Below, one piece after another: positions 17,981 to 27,136 of a DNA stretch of 44,555 bases. Both the position numbers and the translations under genes were made by a program. Below the pieces are notes generated by a model that did no database searches, was not told where the DNA came from, and saw only the letters and a list, made by a program, of their open reading frames with translations. Position 1 is the first letter of the stretch, and every line of letters starts with the position of its first letter. The DNA comes from a virus (lineage: Duplodnaviria > Caudoviricetes). The stretch lies in IMG/VR virus record IMGVR_UViG_3300038312_000261, positions 1 through 44,555 of that record. One strand, written 5' to 3'.

Positions 17981-18849
17981 AAATAATAGTAACATTTTCT
18001 GGAGGTAAAGACAGCTTAGCAGCATTGTTGTGGGTGCGAAATAATATGTCTAAGAATTTTACAACTGTGTTTTGTGATACAGGTTGGGAAAGCCCAATTA
18101 CGTATAATTACATCCGAGAAATCAACGAAAAGTTAAATCTGGACATCATAACTCTGAGATCGAAAAAATACAACAGTTTGGTAGATTTATCACAGAAAAA
18201 GAGTCGTTTCCCATCATCACAACGTCGATTTTGCACATCAGAATTGAAAAGTATTCCGATGATTGATTATTTATTGGATGAGGTTAAAGATGATTTTGTA
18301 GTCGTACAGGGAATTCGAGGTTTAGAAAGCGAAAGTCGTGCTCAAATGAGCGCTCAATGCAATTATTTCAAATACTATTTAAACCCTTATAAAGAAGATA
18401 AGAACGGAAAACCTAAATATCATACATATCGACGAAAGGATATTTTAGAGTATTGCCAAAAATTTGCAACTGATGTGCTACGCCCGGTATTCGATTGGAC
18501 TGCTCAACAGGTAATTGATTACATTTTGGAAAACGAATTTGAACCGAATCCTTTGTATAGAAATGGGATGAAAAGAGTTGGATGCTTCCCATGCATAATG
18601 ACTGGATTATCGGAAATGCATCAAATTGCCACACGCTTTCCTGAAAGAGTTGAAGAAATAGCAGTATATGAAAAACAAATCAACAGTTCATTTTTCGGGC
18701 CGGATAAAATACCTTCTCGATTTTACATCGGAAGTTATCCGTTAATTACTGATGTGGTAAAATATGCCAAAGGAAAGTATGACGCAGGTCAATTATTTGA
18801 TGATTTTGGAGCTACAAGTTGTATGAGTTATTATGGATTATGTGAATGA
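17977..18849 (+). CDS. Phosphoadenosine phosphosulfate reductase family protein
   Basis: SGGKDS PP-loop, FCDTGWE, RFCTSELK, GIRGLES, NPLY, RVGCFPC. Confidence 0.9.
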   Translation: MKIIVTFSGGKDSLAALLWVRNNMSKNFTTVFCDTGWESPITYNYIREINEKLNLDIITLRSKKYNSLVDLSQKKSRFPSSQRRFCTSELKSIPMIDYLLDEVKDDFVVVQGIRGLESESRAQMSAQCNYFKYYLNPYKEDKNGKPKYHTYRRKDILEYCQKFATDVLRPVFDWTAQQVIDYILENEFEPNPLYRNGMKRVGCFPCIMTGLSEMHQIATRFPERVEEIAVYEKQINSSFFGPDKIPSRFYIGSYPLITDVVKYAKGKYDAGQLFDDFGATSCMSYYGLCE

Positions 18850-19183
18850 AGATATGAGAGCAACACAGCAATACCAACAACTATCCTTTGATTTCGATTT
18901 TCCACAACCGGAAAAAGTAAATTATTGGAAGTCGGTTTTTGGATTTGAGCCAAAGGTTGGAGAATTAGCCAGAATTGACGAAACAATTGCTTTTTGCGAA
19001 ACGATAAAACAAAAAAGCTACTGCTATTGCATGAGAGTGAAAGTGATTGAGGTAAATGGAAATTCGGCACGTGTGATAACAACTGAAGAATGGCAAAAGG
19101 CTTGCGGTGCAACATCCGGTACCAATTGTGCCGGTACTGTTTGGGTTGTTGATGTGAATAATTTGGCGCCTATATTTAATTAA
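18833..19183 (+). CDS. Hypothetical protein
   Basis: ORF in operon; start may be 18854. Confidence 0.6.
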   Translation: MDYVNEDMRATQQYQQLSFDFDFPQPEKVNYWKSVFGFEPKVGELARIDETIAFCETIKQKSYCYCMRVKVIEVNGNSARVITTEEWQKACGATSGTNCAGTVWVVDVNNLAPIFN

Positions 19184-19189
19184 AAAAAT

Positions 19190-19699
19190 ATGAAAACCTA
19201 TGTATTAACAGTAAGCAGAACATTCCCTGGTACGCATAAGCGGAAAGGGGATGAAACGTATTTTGTGGAACAAATACAAAACGCGTTAGCTCATTATAAG
19301 GACGGCTGGCCAACCGGTGGTTTTAAAATGAAACTTCACACCATCCGGGCAAATTATCCTCTTTGGAAAAAACGGTTTGAGGAGATTGACAAGGGCGAGG
19401 CGTATTTATCGCTACGCTATTGGAGCGGATTTCCGTATAAATCAAAACAAGTAGAATTTGCACGGCTGACGAAAGATGACGGGATTGGGTTGCAGGAATT
19501 TAAGGTTGTGGAATACGTCGATGAATTTGTGGATGAAAGAGCTGCTTACGTAATTGATAACAGCGCAAAAACAATGTTTCTTTCAGAGACTATTGCAAAC
19601 AATGACGGTCTTTCAATCGGTGATTGGCGGGAGTGGTTTAGAAACTACGATTTAAGCAAACATTCAGCGATTATTCACTTTACTAATTTTAGATATTGA
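19190..19699 (+). CDS. Hypothetical protein, possibly ASCH/PUA-like
   Basis: KLHTIR...W...NDGL...F..WF pattern. Confidence 0.6.
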   Translation: MKTYVLTVSRTFPGTHKRKGDETYFVEQIQNALAHYKDGWPTGGFKMKLHTIRANYPLWKKRFEEIDKGEAYLSLRYWSGFPYKSKQVEFARLTKDDGIGLQEFKVVEYVDEFVDERAAYVIDNSAKTMFLSETIANNDGLSIGDWREWFRNYDLSKHSAIIHFTNFRY

Positions 19700-19700
19700 A

Positions 19701-19877
19701 ATGCTTACAGATGAATCAACGATGCCTTTCGGTAAATACAAAGGCCAGAAAATGGCGAACGTTCCGGCAGATTATTTGATTTGGCTGTATGAAAACAACA
19801 AATGCAGCAACGACGTAAGAGAATATATCGAAGATAATTTGGAAGTACTTCGATTTGAGATTAAAAACGGCAAATAA
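19701..19877 (+). CDS. 58-aa DUF3820-like protein (not in ORF track)
   Basis: MLTDESTMPFGKYKGQKMANVPADYLIWL motif. Confidence 0.8.
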   Translation: MLTDESTMPFGKYKGQKMANVPADYLIWLYENNKCSNDVREYIEDNLEVLRFEIKNGK

Positions 19878-20054
19878 ATTGGACGGATGGAAAACAGCGA
19901 GCAGAAAAAAGTAAAATCGGAATGTAACGAATGGTAGCTTCGAAAACAGTGGAACCATCTTTATTCGTAAGTCGTGCAGGCGTTACCGGTACGTGTACAA
20001 GGTTCTAACAGTCGCAGAATAAAACCGATTTGCAGCAAATTCCGTCCGCCGATT
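19877..20054 (+). ncRNA. Putative structured RNA
   Basis: 15-bp closing helix AATTGG-A-CGGATGGAA / TTCCGTCCG-CCGATT with nested stems. Confidence 0.5.
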
Positions 20055-20105
20055 TTAAAAAAATGTAAGGCAAATTTGTGATACGATTCGCCGATTAACG
20101 AAAGT

Positions 20106-20495
20106 ATGAACTTCGACATAGAAACATTAGATAAGCTATTCTCCGAATACGTGAGATTACGAGATAGTGATCAGTACGGAATGATTCGCTGCATAAGTTG
20201 TGGTAAACGGGTAAAGTGGCAATATGCGGATGCCGGGCACTTTGTGAGTAGAAAGCACATGAGTTTGAGATTCGATAATAACAACGTGAACTCTCAATGT
20301 GTAGACTGCAACCGATTTAAATCAGGAAATTTTAAAAAGTACAAACGTGGATTGATTATCAAACATGGTCGTTTCATTATTGATTATCTCGAAAACAAAA
20401 AAAACGAAATACGGCAATTTACCGATTTTGAAATTGAATTGATGTGTTTACACTATAAGAAACAGATAAAAATTTTAAAACAAAAGAAGTCTTAA
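20106..20495 (+). CDS. ninG: NinG/Rap-like recombination nuclease
   Basis: FSEYVRLRD, CISCG, DAGHF, LRFD..N.NSQC..CN. Confidence 0.85.
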   Translation: MNFDIETLDKLFSEYVRLRDSDQYGMIRCISCGKRVKWQYADAGHFVSRKHMSLRFDNNNVNSQCVDCNRFKSGNFKKYKRGLIIKHGRFIIDYLENKKNEIRQFTDFEIELMCLHYKKQIKILKQKKS

Positions 20496-20528
20496 TGAGT
20501 TAATTTTATTCTAAATGAGTATATTTGT
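20489..20528 (+). promoter_or_regulatory. Late promoter/operator copy 1
   Basis: GTCTTAATGAG-N9-TTCTAAATGAG-TATATTTGT. Confidence 0.75.
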
Positions 20529-20552
20529 AGGTAACTTCAAAATACTTCATTC

Positions 20553-21923
20553 ATGGATAAGGTGAAAATAACTTCGAGAGTATTAAAAACAGAAAATATC
20601 AATTGGCGTGAGCTGGCGTTTATTCAACAAGACAACTTCAAAGAATTATCTTCTGAAGATATGAATAAACTAAAAGCAAGCTTAGTTACGAATAATTTCA
20701 TACAACCATTTTATGTTTGGGAAGATGCCGATGGCATTCGATATTGTCTTGATGGAAAGCACAGAACTAAAGCACAAGAAGAATTGATTTCAGAAGGTGT
20801 TGATGTTCCATACACTTTACCGGCTACGTTTATTGATTGTAAAGATAAGAAAGAGGCTGCTCGTCTTGTTCTTATCTTTTCATCGTTTTATGCAAAAATC
20901 ACACAAAAAGGACTTTTTGATTTCAAAGAGTTGTACGATTTGGATATGATTGAATTGAAAGGAATGATGAACCTTCCTGAATTTTCAATGCCTCGATTCG
21001 AGCAGAAGTTTGATTTGTTTGGTATAAATGAGGCTAACGAAAACGATGATTTGATAGAAGAGCTCCAGGATGATGAATTGATAATCGTAAACAAAGGTGA
21101 TATATTCCGACTTGGACGACACAGACTCGCATGCGGTTCATTCAAGGATCTGGATATTGTGAGTGAATTGATGGGTGGGTTGAAAGCGAGAATTATAAAC
21201 ACGGATCCACCATACAACCTCCCTGCTGATTACATTGGGAATGTAGAAGAGAAAGTGCATGAAGATTTTATTGAAGGCCATGGAGAAATGACAGATGATG
21301 AGTTTGTAGATTTTCTCGCAAAAGTCATGCGAACATCATGTGACAATTCGAATGATGGTTCAATTCATTATATATTCATGGACTTCAGGCATACCTGGCA
21401 CATGGGTGAAGCGTCAAAGCGCATATACGGAACGCCGGAACCGAAACAGATGTGTGTTTGGGCAAAGGACATGATTGCGATGGGTTCGTTTTATCGTGCT
21501 CAGCATGAACTTTGTTTTGTCTATAAATCAGGAAATGAAAAACACATATCGCACCTTGATTTGTCAGACCGAATTCGGTCGAATGTTTGGAAATACCCAT
21601 CGGCCATCAGCGTTGCTAATCCAGATAGACATCAGATAAAAAACCATCCGACACCTAAGCCCGTGCAGATGATTGCCGATGCAATTCTTGACACTACAAA
21701 TGATGGAGATATTGTAATTGATTGGTTTCTTGGTTCAGGTACTGCTTTAATTGCTTGTGAGAAAACAAAACGCAGATGTTTTGCTACAGAACTAAATATC
21801 AGATATGTTCAGCAAATAATTAAACGGTACATAAAATATTGTCGTAACAATGATTACGAGCCTGAAGTTGAACATTTGAACGGAAATTTAACTTTAAAAG
21901 ATTTTGAAAATGGCAGCAAGTAA
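20553..21923 (+). CDS. ParB-like domain fused to N6/N4 DNA methyltransferase
   Basis: LDGKHR; TDPPYN, HPTPKP, IDWFLGSGT. Confidence 0.9.
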   Translation: MDKVKITSRVLKTENINWRELAFIQQDNFKELSSEDMNKLKASLVTNNFIQPFYVWEDADGIRYCLDGKHRTKAQEELISEGVDVPYTLPATFIDCKDKKEAARLVLIFSSFYAKITQKGLFDFKELYDLDMIELKGMMNLPEFSMPRFEQKFDLFGINEANENDDLIEELQDDELIIVNKGDIFRLGRHRLACGSFKDLDIVSELMGGLKARIINTDPPYNLPADYIGNVEEKVHEDFIEGHGEMTDDEFVDFLAKVMRTSCDNSNDGSIHYIFMDFRHTWHMGEASKRIYGTPEPKQMCVWAKDMIAMGSFYRAQHELCFVYKSGNEKHISHLDLSDRIRSNVWKYPSAISVANPDRHQIKNHPTPKPVQMIADAILDTTNDGDIVIDWFLGSGTALIACEKTKRRCFATELNIRYVQQIIKRYIKYCRNNDYEPEVEHLNGNLTLKDFENGSK

Positions 21924-22107
21924 TATGATTGACAGGCAAAGAGTTATTGATTATTTAACAGCTCAACAGAATGTTAAAATAGATATGTTGCAGCGTTTAT
22001 CTGAGCCAATGCAAAAAGAAACGCCTGAAATTTCCAACTTAAAAACACTGACTATTAACCAAATTTCTGATTTAAAAAGTTATATAGAAATGATTAAGAT
22101 GTTGTAA
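21910..22107 (+). CDS. Hypothetical protein
   Basis: Small coupled ORF. Confidence 0.55.
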   Translation: MAASNMIDRQRVIDYLTAQQNVKIDMLQRLSEPMQKETPEISNLKTLTINQISDLKSYIEMIKML

Positions 22108-22111
22108 TGAA

Positions 22112-22561
22112 ATGGGACATTTCGGTAATCCAAAAGCAGTTGACAAAACAACCAAACAGCAACGTATCAGGAGCGTAGTCGAATGGATAATTCAAGGCTA
22201 TTCTACCGCTGATATTATACGTCAATGTGTAAGCTTGTGGAATATTACAGAACGTCAAGCATATAATTACAACAAATGGGCCGTGGATGAAATCATGAAA
22301 AACAGCGATGCAGATCTTTCGAAACGCAAAAGCATCCACGTAGAGATGCGGTTGAAACTATTTCGAGATTTGCAACGAAAAGATACCACTTCCGGTGCAC
22401 GTGCAGCAGTGCGAATCGCAGACAGTCTTGCAAGGATTGAAGGATTAATTGGTACAAGAGATAATATTAGTCCAGGTTCCGGATATGAAGACTTCAGGCA
22501 AGATTCAGAAGAAAAAATGTCAGTAATGATATTACCGGACGGCAGAGAAATTGAGGTATGA
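22112..22561 (+). CDS. Terminase small subunit (putative)
   Basis: HTH-like N-terminus; ATGA-coupled to the large terminase. Confidence 0.7.
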   Translation: MGHFGNPKAVDKTTKQQRIRSVVEWIIQGYSTADIIRQCVSLWNITERQAYNYNKWAVDEIMKNSDADLSKRKSIHVEMRLKLFRDLQRKDTTSGARAAVRIADSLARIEGLIGTRDNISPGSGYEDFRQDSEEKMSVMILPDGREIEV

Positions 22562-23868
22562 AAGATAGACGTGTAAATATCGACTTAACAGCGAATCCGA
22601 AACAAGCTGAATACTTCACCACATCAATGGCAGCTGCACAAGGCGCAAACTCGTTCAAGTTTCTGAATTACGGTGGTGCGATTCGCGGTGGTAAGACATT
22701 TGTTACGCTTGCTATACTTATTAGGTTATCGGAAATATTCCCAGGTAGTAGATGGCATACTGTGAGAAAAGATATGCCAAGTTTGGAAGGTACGACAATT
22801 CCGAGTTTTGAAAAACTCACAGCTGGTTCTAACAGGTGGAAGCCGTATAGAAATAAATCAAACTATCATTATATCAATTTAAGAACAGGTTCAAAGATTT
22901 TTTTCAAGCCTGAAAACTTACAACGAGATCCGTTTTTACAGTCTTTTTTAGGTTTAGAAACTAACGGCTTTTTTCTAGAACAATCAGAGGAACTGAGTGA
23001 AAAACTATGGGAAAAAGCCATTGAGCGTGTGGGTTCATGGTATATTCCGAAAATGCCGCGTGGATTGATATTTCAAACATTTAATCCAACCCAGAACTGG
23101 GTAAAAGATAAGATTTACACGCCGTGGGTAAATGGAGAATTACCGCCGGAATTCTTTTTTATGTCGGCGCTGCCAAATGATAATCCTTTTGTCACCGATG
23201 ACCAGTTTGCCGGATGGGAGATGATGGCTGAGCGATATAAGCAACAGTTTATACAAGGTGATTGGACTGATTTCGACGCGGAAGACGGACGATGGGCATT
23301 TGCTTTTAGAAAAAAGAAACACACCGGGAAAACGACATTAAACAAGCAATTACCTGTTTATCTCTCGTTTGACTTTAACCGAAACCCGATCACATGCACG
23401 GTTTGGCAACACTACAATAATCAAATTTTCTGTATTGATTGTATAAAGTTGGAAGACGCAACTATACATCGGCTTTGTGACGAAATAAAAGAGCGATATC
23501 CTGAATGTTTGTTTTTTGTAACTGGTGATGCTAGCGGAGATAATAAAACGACGCTTTCCATTTTATCTAATTTCGGAGTGATAAAAAATGCTTTATATTT
23601 GAGTGATACGCAGATGCAATATTCAGCATCAAATCCACGGTTACAAGACAGCCGGATGTTAGTTAACACGATGTTTGAAAAATATCCGATAACCATTGAC
23701 GAAGATAGATGCAAGCCGGTTATTGATGATTTGGATAAATGTAAAGCTAATCCGGATGGAACTATTGTAAAAACAAGCCGATTAAAAGTAGATCAGCAAG
23801 CTGACACTTTAGATACGGTTAGATATTATTTGCATCGTTATTTCAGGGACATGATAAAATTTTTTTGA
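22558..23868 (+). CDS. Terminase large subunit
   Basis: GGAIRGGKT, TFNP coupling motif, DNPF, SFDFN, GDASG and DTLDTVRY nuclease motifs. Confidence 0.92.
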   Translation: MKDRRVNIDLTANPKQAEYFTTSMAAAQGANSFKFLNYGGAIRGGKTFVTLAILIRLSEIFPGSRWHTVRKDMPSLEGTTIPSFEKLTAGSNRWKPYRNKSNYHYINLRTGSKIFFKPENLQRDPFLQSFLGLETNGFFLEQSEELSEKLWEKAIERVGSWYIPKMPRGLIFQTFNPTQNWVKDKIYTPWVNGELPPEFFFMSALPNDNPFVTDDQFAGWEMMAERYKQQFIQGDWTDFDAEDGRWAFAFRKKKHTGKTTLNKQLPVYLSFDFNRNPITCTVWQHYNNQIFCIDCIKLEDATIHRLCDEIKERYPECLFFVTGDASGDNKTTLSILSNFGVIKNALYLSDTQMQYSASNPRLQDSRMLVNTMFEKYPITIDEDRCKPVIDDLDKCKANPDGTIVKTSRLKVDQQADTLDTVRYYLHRYFRDMIKFF

Positions 23869-23878
23869 TTAAATTTAG

Positions 23879-23918
23879 CTCTTTAAGAGTTTTATTTAAT
23901 CTTAATGATTATATTTGT
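23879..23918 (+). promoter_or_regulatory. Late promoter/operator copy 2
   Basis: CTCTTTAAGAG-N9-ATCTTAATGAT-TATATTTGT. Confidence 0.75.
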
Positions 23919-23990
23919 GTGTCTTTCGATCCGGTTGAGGTAATACTCAAAATACTTATAAAAAAATGAGTTTAAAAAAAACAATAAGCT

Positions 23991-24614
23991 ATGAATGATA
24001 TTGTTGACCCGGCAACAAGGACAGCCGAAAGTGCGTTGAAAACAGCCGAAAGTGTAGCTAACTATGGTGCATTGGTGGTAATTACAGCTTTTGCAATCAT
24101 TCTGTGCACGATTATGATAATATATTTTTTCGTGTCGCATCGCAGAATGACTAAAAACATGGAAGAACAGAATCGGCAGAATAATATAGCTCTTTCAATT
24201 ACATTGAAAAGGCTCGAAGATTATCTGCAACCCGTATCAGAGAATGCACGTCTCAGTACTCTAACTGCACTACATGCCATTGCTGAACAAAATTTCAGAC
24301 TCAGTGTAGAAAATGTTTTACAGATTATAGAACGAATTCAATCAGAGAATCATATCGAGGATGAAAATCGTACTAAGCGAAAGCTACGAATGTTCATTAC
24401 AAATATGCACAACGATCGCAAACTGTACTTTTCCAACTTCACTTTCAGCGGTCATGCAGTTGATTATTACACCGACCCCAAGTGGATTGAAACCATGGTC
24501 GAAGCAGCATTCCCGGAAATTTATGATAAGAATAAGAGCCGTGCACGAACGAACATCAAGCAGGCTTATGATACAATATTCATCGAATTTAAACGCAATT
24601 TGATTTCAAAATGA
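23991..24614 (+). CDS. Single-TM protein, holin candidate
   Basis: One N-proximal TM helix plus a soluble domain; coupled to the endolysin. Confidence 0.5.
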   Translation: MNDIVDPATRTAESALKTAESVANYGALVVITAFAIILCTIMIIYFFVSHRRMTKNMEEQNRQNNIALSITLKRLEDYLQPVSENARLSTLTALHAIAEQNFRLSVENVLQIIERIQSENHIEDENRTKRKLRMFITNMHNDRKLYFSNFTFSGHAVDYYTDPKWIETMVEAAFPEIYDKNKSRARTNIKQAYDTIFIEFKRNLISK

Positions 24615-24973
24615 TTAAAAGCAGACATTTCACAGAGTCGGAATTTAAAAAATGTGTTCCATCCTGTTCACTTCAGGATATGAGACAAAGCACAATGAAT
24701 CGTTTCGACACGGCCCGTGATATTGCCGATATTCCGTTTGTGATTAATTCGGCCTATCGTTCGTCATCGTGGGAAAAATCTAAAAACAGAAGCGGAACTG
24801 GTTCGCATTCATTGGGTTGTGCAATGGATATCCGATGCAATACGAACAGCAACCGATTTAAGATTATATCGGCACTTGTTAAAGCCGGTTTTACCCGCAT
24901 TGGAGTGGCTGAAACCTATATTCATGCGGATGATAGTATTAATCACTCTCAAGAAGTTATTTGGTTGTATTGA
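24611..24973 (+). CDS. Endolysin, peptidase M15 family
   Basis: INSAYRS, SHSLGCAMDI, IHAD zinc-ligand motifs. Confidence 0.9.
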   Translation: MIKSRHFTESEFKKCVPSCSLQDMRQSTMNRFDTARDIADIPFVINSAYRSSSWEKSKNRSGTGSHSLGCAMDIRCNTNSNRFKIISALVKAGFTRIGVAETYIHADDSINHSQEVIWLY

Positions 24974-24974
24974 T

Positions 24975-25580
24975 ATGAAAGACAAGAAGCAAATAATCTG
25001 GATGGTTGTATTATTGGGAACAATACTACTTTTCCTGATTACAGGTTGTAAGCCTAAGCAGATAATCAACGAGCGTGTAATCACTCGAGTGGACAGTGCG
25101 GCTGTTTTATCGTTGCAGGAACAATTGGAGGTAAAGGATCTCGAGATATATAACCTAAAAAGCGATTTGCAGCGTGTCAGGAATGAAAATATGCTTTTGC
25201 ATAACGAAGTGTCGACTAAAACAACAAAATACGATACAAGCAAACCTATTGTGCCGGAAACAGGTAAACCGCCGGTATCTGAAGAAACACATACTGAAAG
25301 TAAAACATCACTTGAAAAAAAGCTATCCGAAACAGAAACGGAGAATAAGGAATTAAAAAAAGAAAATACTACGATCACCACGTATAACAGCAATCTGCAA
25401 TACCAAGTTGAACAGCTAAAGAATGAAATCAGAACGTTGAAAGCCAGAATTATTCCTGTTACATTATGTCAGAAGATAAAAGGTTACGTGTATGGTTGCT
25501 TTGTGGGAATTGTTATCGGCGCTTTGCTTTGGTGGAGATTTGGCAACACGATAAAAAGTTTCAGATTATGGAAAAAATAA
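24975..25580 (+). CDS. Putative unimolecular spanin
   Basis: Lipobox ITGC, coiled-coil middle, C-terminal TM helix; follows the endolysin. Confidence 0.65.
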   Translation: MKDKKQIIWMVVLLGTILLFLITGCKPKQIINERVITRVDSAAVLSLQEQLEVKDLEIYNLKSDLQRVRNENMLLHNEVSTKTTKYDTSKPIVPETGKPPVSEETHTESKTSLEKKLSETETENKELKKENTTITTYNSNLQYQVEQLKNEIRTLKARIIPVTLCQKIKGYVYGCFVGIVIGALLWWRFGNTIKSFRLWKK

Positions 25581-25873
25581 TATTTACATCAATTGTTATC
25601 AGCCTAATTATTACGGCGATTTATGCTACCACATGGCCTGGGATGATATTTCACAATCCAGCGGTCGGAGTTAAACATTTTCTGCTCGCAAAAAAAATAG
25701 GAGTGTTGTATAAGCCATTATTCGGATGCTTGATCTGCATGAGTAGTTTTTGGACTTTCATTACTTGGTTAATTTCGATGGATGGTTTTCATTTGATTTG
25801 GGTGATGCTTTGTGTTGCGGGCATAAACACGATAATCACTGCAGTGATTAAAGATATCATACCGGATGAATAA
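25568..25873 (+). CDS. Membrane protein with CxxC (DUF1360-like)
   Basis: Three hydrophobic segments; KPLFGCLICMSSFW. Confidence 0.6.
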   Translation: MEKIIFTSIVISLIITAIYATTWPGMIFHNPAVGVKHFLLAKKIGVLYKPLFGCLICMSSFWTFITWLISMDGFHLIWVMLCVAGINTIITAVIKDIIPDE

Positions 25874-26226
25874 TGAAAGATATCGGATTCAAAATATTGT
25901 CTATTATAGTAACTATTCTGTTTGCGTGGATTATTTTCCCATATAAATGGATACGTAACTATGCATTTAGATTGCGAAAAGAGAATGCGATCAGTGAATG
26001 TATCGTGAAAGCAAGTGAAAACGGATGCCGCTATTATGTTGTGCAAAACGGAAAAAAATTTCTCGTGGGCACACGTGCAGAATTCAGAAGATGGAACTCG
26101 AAAAACAATCGGAAAGTAAAAAAAATGTTTGATTTTGATTACCGAAATTCTGTAGTTTATCATTTTGATGCAAACGGAAAAGCTAAATATTATGAGAGAG
26201 TTGCTCCTAAAAAACGGATGGGTTAA
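25873..26226 (+). CDS. Hypothetical protein with N-terminal TM
   Basis: TAATG coupling; basic. Confidence 0.6.
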   Translation: MKDIGFKILSIIVTILFAWIIFPYKWIRNYAFRLRKENAISECIVKASENGCRYYVVQNGKKFLVGTRAEFRRWNSKNNRKVKKMFDFDYRNSVVYHFDANGKAKYYERVAPKKRMG

Positions 26227-26407
26227 TTACCGTACTGGATGCAGTTGTATTGGATTACCACGGTATTGGAAAAATGAAGACAGGCCCGGGTGGGAAATAA
26301 TGACAAAAGGAGAACGATTCACCATAAAAAAAGACGGTGATGATGTTGATTCTGGTACCTCAGCAGTATTTAACGATTTAATGAAAAAATATGAGCTTAT
26401 TAAATAA
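26192..26407 (+). CDS. Hypothetical protein
   Basis: Overlapping ORF in operon. Confidence 0.55.
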   Translation: MRELLLKNGWVNYRTGCSCIGLPRYWKNEDRPGWEIMTKGERFTIKKDGDDVDSGTSAVFNDLMKKYELIK

Positions 26408-26978
26408 AATATTCAAACGAAAAAAAGATATCAAATCGATATTTCCAAACCAAAAACACATCATTGAATTTGCTTTTGAAGTTAGTGGGGTTAAATATTA
26501 TCAATTTTCGGATGTTTTTCAGATACCTTATGAGCGTGGTTTAATGGCTTTGGCCGTCTATGAAGAAGTGAGAATGCGATGCACTCGTGAATATTTGAAA
26601 AAACATGTTGAGGCTTGCCGGTCGTTACTTCATGATATGAAAATAGATATCTATAAGCTTAATTTAATCAACGAACAGTTAAACGACCGTTTGAATCTGG
26701 CATTTGATGCCGAACATTTATATAAACTCGCATCTGTAGTGTTTTTCGATGAAAAAGAGAATCCAGCACTTTATGAAGCCGATTATTGCGCAAAGAAGAT
26801 TGATTTCTGGAAAAAGCATAAAGATTTGACTGTTTTTTTTTTACAGAAGCCGTTGCTGGAATTAATTCCGTTTTTGAAGGATGTCGATATCGATTTACAA
26901 GCCTATTCGGAGATAGTGGAGAAAACAAACAAAATACATTCGGCGGTTTTGCAAGCAGCCACATTCAAGACTACATAG
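26391..26978 (+). CDS. Tail assembly chaperone (gpG-like)
   Basis: Directly upstream of the tape measure gene; contains a T10 slippery run. Confidence 0.6.
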   Translation: MSLLNKIFKRKKDIKSIFPNQKHIIEFAFEVSGVKYYQFSDVFQIPYERGLMALAVYEEVRMRCTREYLKKHVEACRSLLHDMKIDIYKLNLINEQLNDRLNLAFDAEHLYKLASVVFFDEKENPALYEADYCAKKIDFWKKHKDLTVFFLQKPLLELIPFLKDVDIDLQAYSEIVEKTNKIHSAVLQAATFKTT

Positions 26979-27136
26979 ACAGTTTTGAAGAATGGAAAAT
27001 GATCCTCGAAAAAGAGGGTAACACAATTGAAGGATTAACCTTGTGGGAGTTCCTGTTTAAATTGAATAAAGCTATAAAAAATGTCAAACGAGAAGAACAT
27101 TCTTATTCGCTTTACGGCCGACAGCGGAGGACTTGA
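26833..27136 (+). CDS. -1 frameshift extension (gpGT-like)
   Basis: -1 frame open from 26822 to TGA 27134-27136, beginning just before the T10 run at 26833-26842. Confidence 0.6.
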
